A stretch of 64,000 bases of DNA from an uncultured Candidatus Saccharibacteria bacterium (GTDB lineage: Bacteria; Patescibacteriota; Minisyncoccia; Phycocordibacterales; PALSA-1337): positions 373,568 to 437,567 of the forward strand of contig CAZBVQ010000001.1 in the NCBI GenBank assembly GCA_964495685.1, given 5' to 3'. Made by a program: the position numbers and the translations under genes. Below, piece by piece: positions 58,305-64,000 of the stretch. Positions within the stretch are counted from its first letter, which is position 1. Every line of letters starts with the position of its first letter. The notes below the pieces were generated by a model, which saw nothing but the letters and a program-made list of their open reading frames with translations, had not been told where the DNA came from and did no database searches.

Positions 58305-58457
58305 ATGAATAATGTCGGTGCTCTGTCACTGTTCGGGCTCAAAGCTGGGTTAGGCTGCTTTTTCTTGTTCGCCTGCCTAACTGGCGCAATCATGTTCGCA
58401 TTTTTGCTACCCTTGTTGCCGAATGATTCGGCGGACTCATCACGAAGGAGCGTTTGA
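58305..58457 (+). CDS. Small membrane protein
   Basis: GGAGG RBS, hydrophobic 50 aa. Confidence 0.5.
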   Translation: MNNVGALSLFGLKAGLGCFFLFACLTGAIMFAFLLPLLPNDSADSSRRSV

Positions 58458-58458
58458 T

Positions 58459-58614
58459 ATGGAAAAAATTATTTTACATCCCGTCCTGGATGCACCACCA
58501 CCTTCTCCGTTGATTCCGATTGGTACACTGTCGAAACACATGCTGGTTGCGGCTCTGAGTTGTATTTTGGTTGCTGCTGGACTCTGTGTTGTGTGGTACA
58601 TCTACTACCACTGA
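58459..58614 (+). CDS. Small membrane protein
   Basis: AAGGAG RBS, C-terminal TM, starts 1 nt after the previous stop. Confidence 0.5.
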   Translation: MEKIILHPVLDAPPPSPLIPIGTLSKHMLVAALSCILVAAGLCVVWYIYYH

Positions 58615-58623
58615 AAGGAGATT

Positions 58624-58824
58624 ATGTCAGTGCGCAGATCTATGTTATCGTCATCTCGAGGGCGTGAGCGACCTTGGGGATTCAGTCGGGAACCGATACA
58701 CGTACCCCCTTGCTTCATGAGTGAACCGTCACGTGAAAATCGTATCACGTTCACTCCTTTGTTCGATTGGCTTGACAGTTGTGTACGTTGGATTCGTGCC
58801 AAGTTCAGCAACCGCCCTCGCTGA
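58624..58824 (+). CDS. Small basic protein with an amphipathic C-terminus
   Basis: AAAGGAG RBS; followed by terminator at 58850-58878. Confidence 0.5.
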   Translation: MSVRRSMLSSSRGRERPWGFSREPIHVPPCFMSEPSRENRITFTPLFDWLDSCVRWIRAKFSNRPR

Positions 58825-58911
58825 ACTGATTGTGTTCAGTTTTTCTTCACGCCGCTCATCGTTGGGCGGCGTTTTTTGTAAAATAGGTCTATTTGAGCTA
58901 TGATATGAGCC

Positions 58912-61818
58912 ATGAAGAAGTCCATCTCCAAGCCCACGGGGTTGTCCGTATATGACCACAAGGCTATCGAATCCAAGTGGCAGAAAGTGTGGGAGAAGAA
59001 AAAGTCGTATCAAGTAAAGGAGGATTTAAATAAAAAGAAGTTTTACGGTCTCATCGAATTTCCATATCCATCCGGAGATGGTCTCCATGTCGGTCACATC
59101 CGCAGCAACACGGCAATGGACGTCATTGCCCGCAAGCGCCGCGCTGAAGGGTTCAATGTGCTGTATCCGATTGGTTGGGACGCTTTTGGCCTACCGACAG
59201 AGAACTATGCCATCAAGACAGGTATCCAGCCAGCTATTGTTACAAAAAAGAATACGGACACATTCCGCCGTCAACTCAAGGCACTTGGCTTCTCATTTGA
59301 TTGGTCACGTGAAATAGACACTACTGATCCTGCGTATTACAAATGGACGCAGTGGATATTCCTGCAATTCTTCAAGAAGGGATTGGCGTACAAAAAGAAG
59401 ATGACCATCAATTGGTGTCCGAAGGATTTGATCGGTCTAGCCAATGAAGAAGTCGTGGATGGAAAATGTGAGCGTTGTGGTACAGCTGTAGAAAAGCGCG
59501 AGAAAGAACAGTGGATGTTGGCGATTACGAAGTATGCGGAGAGGTTGGATAAGGATCTAGATAAGACGCAATTTCTAGAGAAGATCAAAATTCAGCAGAG
59601 GAATTGGATAGGGAAGAGTGAGGGGGCGGAGATTGATTTTGAAATACGAAATGAAAAAATAACAGTCTTTACGACACGACCGGATACTCTTTTCGGGGTG
59701 ACATACATCGTCTTGGCACCTGAGCACGTATTGATACAGCAACTACTTTCTGTAGTCGAAAACAAAAAGGATATCGAGGAATATATTTCAAAGGCAAAGA
59801 AGGAGTCAGAGATGGAGCGCACTGATGCTTCCAAAGAAAAAACAGGTGTTGAGCTGAAGGGTATCAAAGCCATCAATCCTGCCAATAATGAAGAGGTGCC
59901 GGTGTGGATCGCGGACTATGTCCTGGCCGACTATGGTACGGGTGCGGTCATGGCGGTGCCTGCGCATGATGAGCGAGATTACGCATTTGCCAAGAAATAT
60001 GGATTGCCAATAAGGGACGTCGTCATGCCTATAAGAGTCGATGCTTCAAATCCACATGTTCATGGTAAGAAGGTTGTGGAGCGTAAGGCCGTACAAGCAA
60101 TTATTGTGGATCCGAAAACAAAGAAGATTCTTTGCCTCAAATGGAAAAAGCAACCGTGGACAACGTTTGTTGTTGGGGGTGTTGAGGGTAACGAAGATAG
60201 TGTCGAGGCGGCGCGTAGAGAAATTGCTGAAGAGACTGGATACACAGATCTCAAACTCGTACGTGTCCTCGGGGGGCCAGTACGAAGTGAATTTTTTGCC
60301 GCACACAAAGATGTCAATCGTATCGCGTATTTCAATGCAATTCATTTTGAGCTTGCGAGCGACAAACGGACACCGTTGACTGATGAGGAGCAAGAGAAGC
60401 ATGAAGTAATCTGGATGGATGCTGATGCTATCGGACCTGGTGTTATGCAATGTGGAGAGCTTGATATTTGGATGAACCGATTCAAGACGGGCAACGATGT
60501 TGTTCTTGAAGATGGCGAGCTCATCAATTCAGGATCCTTCAACGGTAAGGAGTCATTATTAGTTAAAAAAGAAATTACTGAATCTGTCGGTGGGAAGTGG
60601 ATCACCACCTTCAAACTCCGCGACTGGATCTTCTCCCGCCAGCGCTACTGGGGTGAGCCGATTCCCGTCATCAACTGTGAAAAATGTGGCCTTGTCCCTG
60701 TCCCAGAAAAAGATTTGCCCGTGAAGTTGCCAGCGGTAAAGAATTACAAGCCCACTGAAACAGGCGAGTCACCATTGGCTGCAATTACGAAGTGGGTCAA
60801 CACCAAGTGTCCGCAATGCAAAGGTAAAGCCACCCGCGAAACTGACACCATGCCAAATTGGGCGGGTTCAAGTTGGTACTATTTGCGCTATGCTGATGCA
60901 CATAATAAGAAAGAATTCGCCTCAAAAAAGAGTCTGGACTATTGGACACCAGTCGATTGGTACAATGGTGGTATGGAACACACCACGCTCCACTTACTCT
61001 ATTCTCGTTTCTGGCACAAATTCCTCTTTGATCTTGGATTGGTACCGACTGATGAACCATATACCAAACGTACCTCCCATGGCCTCATTTTGGCCGAAGG
61101 TGGGGTCAAAATGTCGAAGTCAAAGGGCAACGTCATCAACCCTGATAGTATTGTCGAAACAGTCGGCGCTGACAGTTTGCGCCTCTATGAGATGTTCATG
61201 GGACCATTCGACCAGCCGATTTCGTGGGATACCAATAATATTGCTGGGGTCAGACGTTTCTTGGAACGAGTCTGGAAGTTGAGAGAGAAAGTAGTAAACT
61301 CTAAACTCGAAACTCTGAATTCTAAACAAATTCAAAATTCGAAATTTGAAATTCAAAACGCAGCAGACAAAATCATCCACAAAACTATCAAGAAAGTCAG
61401 TGACGATATCGAAGCGATGCGCTTCAATACGGCCGTGAGTGCACTCATGATCGCCCTCAACGAACTGGAGAAGATAGAAACTATCGGTACACAGCAGTAC
61501 GCATCATTCCTGCAGCTTCTGGCACCCTTCGCGCCTCATATTGTCGAAGAATTGTGGGCATCACTCGGAAATAAGACGTCTGTCCATCTCGCTCCGTGGC
61601 CGACGTATGATGCGTCGTTGGCTGTGGATAATGAGGTGACTATCATGGTGCAAATCAATGGCAAAGTGCGGGGCTCATTCATGGTGCCTGTGGATTCTAG
61701 TAGGGAAGAGCTCGAATCCCGTGCCAAAGCTCTTCCCGAAGCGGCCAAGTGGATCGCTGGTGGTCAGATCAAGAAAGTTATCGTGGTACTCAACAAATTG
61801 GTCAATATTGTTGTCTAG
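58912..61818 (+). CDS. leuS: Leucine--tRNA ligase with an inserted NUDIX domain
   Basis: HVGH, WDAFGLP, TTRPDT, GTGAVMAVPAHD, SRQRYWG, KMSKS; NUDIX box GGVEGNEDSVEAARREIAEETGY. Confidence 0.96.
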   Translation: MKKSISKPTGLSVYDHKAIESKWQKVWEKKKSYQVKEDLNKKKFYGLIEFPYPSGDGLHVGHIRSNTAMDVIARKRRAEGFNVLYPIGWDAFGLPTENYAIKTGIQPAIVTKKNTDTFRRQLKALGFSFDWSREIDTTDPAYYKWTQWIFLQFFKKGLAYKKKMTINWCPKDLIGLANEEVVDGKCERCGTAVEKREKEQWMLAITKYAERLDKDLDKTQFLEKIKIQQRNWIGKSEGAEIDFEIRNEKITVFTTRPDTLFGVTYIVLAPEHVLIQQLLSVVENKKDIEEYISKAKKESEMERTDASKEKTGVELKGIKAINPANNEEVPVWIADYVLADYGTGAVMAVPAHDERDYAFAKKYGLPIRDVVMPIRVDASNPHVHGKKVVERKAVQAIIVDPKTKKILCLKWKKQPWTTFVVGGVEGNEDSVEAARREIAEETGYTDLKLVRVLGGPVRSEFFAAHKDVNRIAYFNAIHFELASDKRTPLTDEEQEKHEVIWMDADAIGPGVMQCGELDIWMNRFKTGNDVVLEDGELINSGSFNGKESLLVKKEITESVGGKWITTFKLRDWIFSRQRYWGEPIPVINCEKCGLVPVPEKDLPVKLPAVKNYKPTETGESPLAAITKWVNTKCPQCKGKATRETDTMPNWAGSSWYYLRYADAHNKKEFASKKSLDYWTPVDWYNGGMEHTTLHLLYSRFWHKFLFDLGLVPTDEPYTKRTSHGLILAEGGVKMSKSKGNVINPDSIVETVGADSLRLYEMFMGPFDQPISWDTNNIAGVRRFLERVWKLREKVVNSKLETLNSKQIQNSKFEIQNAADKIIHKTIKKVSDDIEAMRFNTAVSALMIALNELEKIETIGTQQYASFLQLLAPFAPHIVEELWASLGNKTSVHLAPWPTYDASLAVDNEVTIMVQINGKVRGSFMVPVDSSREELESRAKALPEAAKWIAGGQIKKVIVVLNKLVNIVV

Positions 61819-61972
61819 GCCGGGTCTAGACATGTTCCAATTTGACAATAAGGTGTGGATAAGGTAGTGTATACACATCAAGCCTGGGTGTGTCCGGACG
61901 ATATGTCCCCACAAGATTGACTTTATTACAAGCGAGTGATACAAATGTATCAATTATTTATTATTATTTTCC

Positions 61973-63013
61973 ATGGCCACCACACCCATCTCGTTCAAAC
62001 CAAAGCAGATCGTCAAGCGTCTCCTCTCTTCGCTTCCAGACCGTGCTCGTGATGTCGTCATCTATCGTTACGGTCTCGGATCAGACACTCGTCGCATGAC
62101 TCTTGATGCCATCGGCAAGAAATATGGTATCACTCGTGAGCGTGTTCGTCAGATTGAGAATTATGCCCTCGGCATGGTTCGTAAGTCAGATGAATACAAG
62201 ATCGAGAAGGCCGTCTTCGCCGAACTCGAGACCCTGCTCCACGCACTCGGCGGCATCGTTGTCGAGGAAGATTTCCTCGGTCAAGTCTCCAAGGACAAGG
62301 GTCTCCAGAACCACATCCACTTCCTCCTCGTCATCGGTGAGCCGTTCAAGAAGCGCAAGGAAGATGATGATTTCAATCATCGCTGGCACGTCAACGAAGA
62401 GCTTGCTTCCCAAGTAGAGATTGCTCTCCGCAAATTGTATACCAACCTCAATACACAGGATCTTCTTCCAGAATCAGAAATGATCAACAAGTTCTTGCAG
62501 CACCTCGAAGGAGTCTCGGAGCGTTATAAGAATCAAGAGATCATGAAGCGTTGGCTCAAGCTTTCCAAGGCGATCGGCGTCAATGCGCTCGGTGATTGGG
62601 GTGCTTCACACTCATCCAATATCAAGACCAAGGGTATGCGTGATTACGCATTCCTCGTCATTAGAAAGCATGGATCCCCGATCCACTTCCGTGATGTTGC
62701 CAAGCAGATTATGGTTATGTTCAAGAAGAAGGCTCATGTCGCTACGACACATAATGAGCTCATCAAAGACCCTCGTTTCGTCCTCGTCGGTCGTGGTCTC
62801 TACGCTCTTGCAGAATGGGGATATGCACCAGGTATTGTTCGTGACGTTATCCGCCAAGTTATCGAGAAGAATGGCGCCATGACCAAAGAAGAGATTGTCG
62901 CCAAGGTTATGAAGGAGCGTTACGTCAAGGAGAACACGATCGCTGTCAATCTTCAGAATCCCAAATATTTCAAGAAAGATAAGGATGGCAAATACTCAGT
63001 AGTTGCCGCATAG
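61973..63013 (+). CDS. Sigma70 region-4-like HTH plus HARE-HTH-type DNA-binding protein
   Basis: TLDAIGKKYGITRERVRQIE; C-terminal winged-helix HNELIKDPRFVLVGRGLYALAEWG. Confidence 0.75.
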   Translation: MATTPISFKPKQIVKRLLSSLPDRARDVVIYRYGLGSDTRRMTLDAIGKKYGITRERVRQIENYALGMVRKSDEYKIEKAVFAELETLLHALGGIVVEEDFLGQVSKDKGLQNHIHFLLVIGEPFKKRKEDDDFNHRWHVNEELASQVEIALRKLYTNLNTQDLLPESEMINKFLQHLEGVSERYKNQEIMKRWLKLSKAIGVNALGDWGASHSSNIKTKGMRDYAFLVIRKHGSPIHFRDVAKQIMVMFKKKAHVATTHNELIKDPRFVLVGRGLYALAEWGYAPGIVRDVIRQVIEKNGAMTKEEIVAKVMKERYVKENTIAVNLQNPKYFKKDKDGKYSVVAA

Positions 63014-63073
63014 GTGACTCATCCACCACAAGGCCGCATTCACTGCGGCCTTTTGGTTTGCTATACTTATACC

Positions 63074-64000
63074 ATGCCCATTGAACAGATATTTCCGTCA
63101 TTGGTAGTTGATTTCAAATCGACCATATTTCCTCAGGCGATACAGTATGCCATCTTCATCTCGCCTGTAGTACTGACGGTACTTCTCGCCATGATATTCT
63201 GGCCGTTGTGGTTGCGTTATGTGCGCGCCAAGTTTTTCCTCTCTCTCAAATATACTGTTCTCGAACTCAAGTTGCCCAAAGAGACAACCAAATCACCTTT
63301 GGCGATGGAAGTGTTCTTGCAATCACTTCACAACACAGCAGACGGAAGTGCCTTCGCTCAGTACTGGAAGGGCGAAGTCCGCCCGTGGTATGCTCTCGAG
63401 CTTGTTTCCATCGAAGGCAAGGTTAAATTTTTCATTTGGACAGAGGACCGACGCAAGGGTGGTGTTATTTCTGCACTGTACTCACAATTTCCTGGTATAG
63501 AAGTCCATGAGAATGGTGATTATGCTCAATCGGTTCATTTTGATCCCAAGACGATGAAGCTTCATGGTGTGGAATTTAAGTTTACCCAGAAGGACCCATA
63601 TCCTATCAAGACATACGTCGACTATGGTCTCGACAAAGATCCCAAAGAAGAATTCAAAGTCGATCCACTCACGCCAATGCTTGAATTCCTCGGCAGTCTT
63701 GGTCCTAATCAACAAGTGTGGCTTCAATTTTTGGTTCGTGCCCACAAAGATGACCAAGCAAAACCAGGTCATTGGTTCAAAACCGCCGATCTCTGGAAAG
63801 ATGGTGCCAAGAAATTGGTCAATGAACTTATGATTCGAGATGCCAAGACGAAGGGTGTCAAAGAAGAGAACAAAAAGGAGGGACAGATGTATTTGGATCT
63901 CCCGAGACTTTCAAAAGGCGAACAGGATATTATCGAAGCCATTGAACGCTCAGTTACCAAGCCACCTTTCGATGTTGGTGTTCGGGCCTTATATATTGCC
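63074..64000 (+). CDS. Conserved CPR-type membrane protein (3'-partial, not in the ORF track)
   Basis: MPIEQIFP...TM...LELKLPKETTKSPLAME...ALELVSIEG..KFFIW...YSQFP; TATACT just upstream; open to the window end. Confidence 0.75.
   Translation, partial: MPIEQIFPSLVVDFKSTIFPQAIQYAIFISPVVLTVLLAMIFWPLWLRYVRAKFFLSLKYTVLELKLPKETTKSPLAMEVFLQSLHNTADGSAFAQYWKGEVRPWYALELVSIEGKVKFFIWTEDRRKGGVISALYSQFPGIEVHENGDYAQSVHFDPKTMKLHGVEFKFTQKDPYPIKTYVDYGLDKDPKEEFKVDPLTPMLEFLGSLGPNQQVWLQFLVRAHKDDQAKPGHWFKTADLWKDGAKKLVNELMIRDAKTKGVKEENKKEGQMYLDLPRLSKGEQDIIEAIERSVTKPPFDVGVRALYIA

Noticed and set aside
1-64000. Alternative genetic code 25 for the host
   Set aside because: Long core genes have no internal TGA, and several genes (recR, 801-2024, 9679-10386) end in TGA.

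Overview
This window is a core-genome stretch of a small-genome bacterium using genetic code 11. Gene content and style suggest Patescibacteria/CPR, Parcubacteria-like (inference). It carries translation genes (rpmE2, prfA, hisS, thrS, proS, lysS, leuS, rplU, frr, fmt, def, hpf, ychF), replication/repair genes (dnaG, dnaB, recR, priA, UvrD-nuclease, rmuC), rpoD and greA, and cell-wall genes (murA, two mreB, mreC, mreD-like, PBP2, D,D-carboxypeptidase). It also has a type IV pilin, a GH130/PMM/PMI mannoside-salvage cluster, three tRNAs (tRNA-Asn split by a group I intron) and a T-box upstream of thrS. Most of the unexplained signal is non-coding: (i) a ~560-nt densely structured RNA with its own promoter and terminator between lysS and ychF; (ii) a second ~230-nt closed-stem RNA downstream of hisS; (iii) a promoter-driven antisense sRNA opposite a solo PemK/MazF-like toxin; (iv) several families of ~105-113-nt fold-back elements conserved in structure rather than sequence, one inserted in-frame in dnaG; (v) a recurring TCTAGGCCNGGCCTAGA palindrome and small cargo cassettes bracketed by duplicated gene ends. 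Two secreted proteins carry Verrucomicrobiota-type motifs, a possible clue to the host. All family calls and RNA structures are from reading motifs by eye; no searches or folding programs were run.
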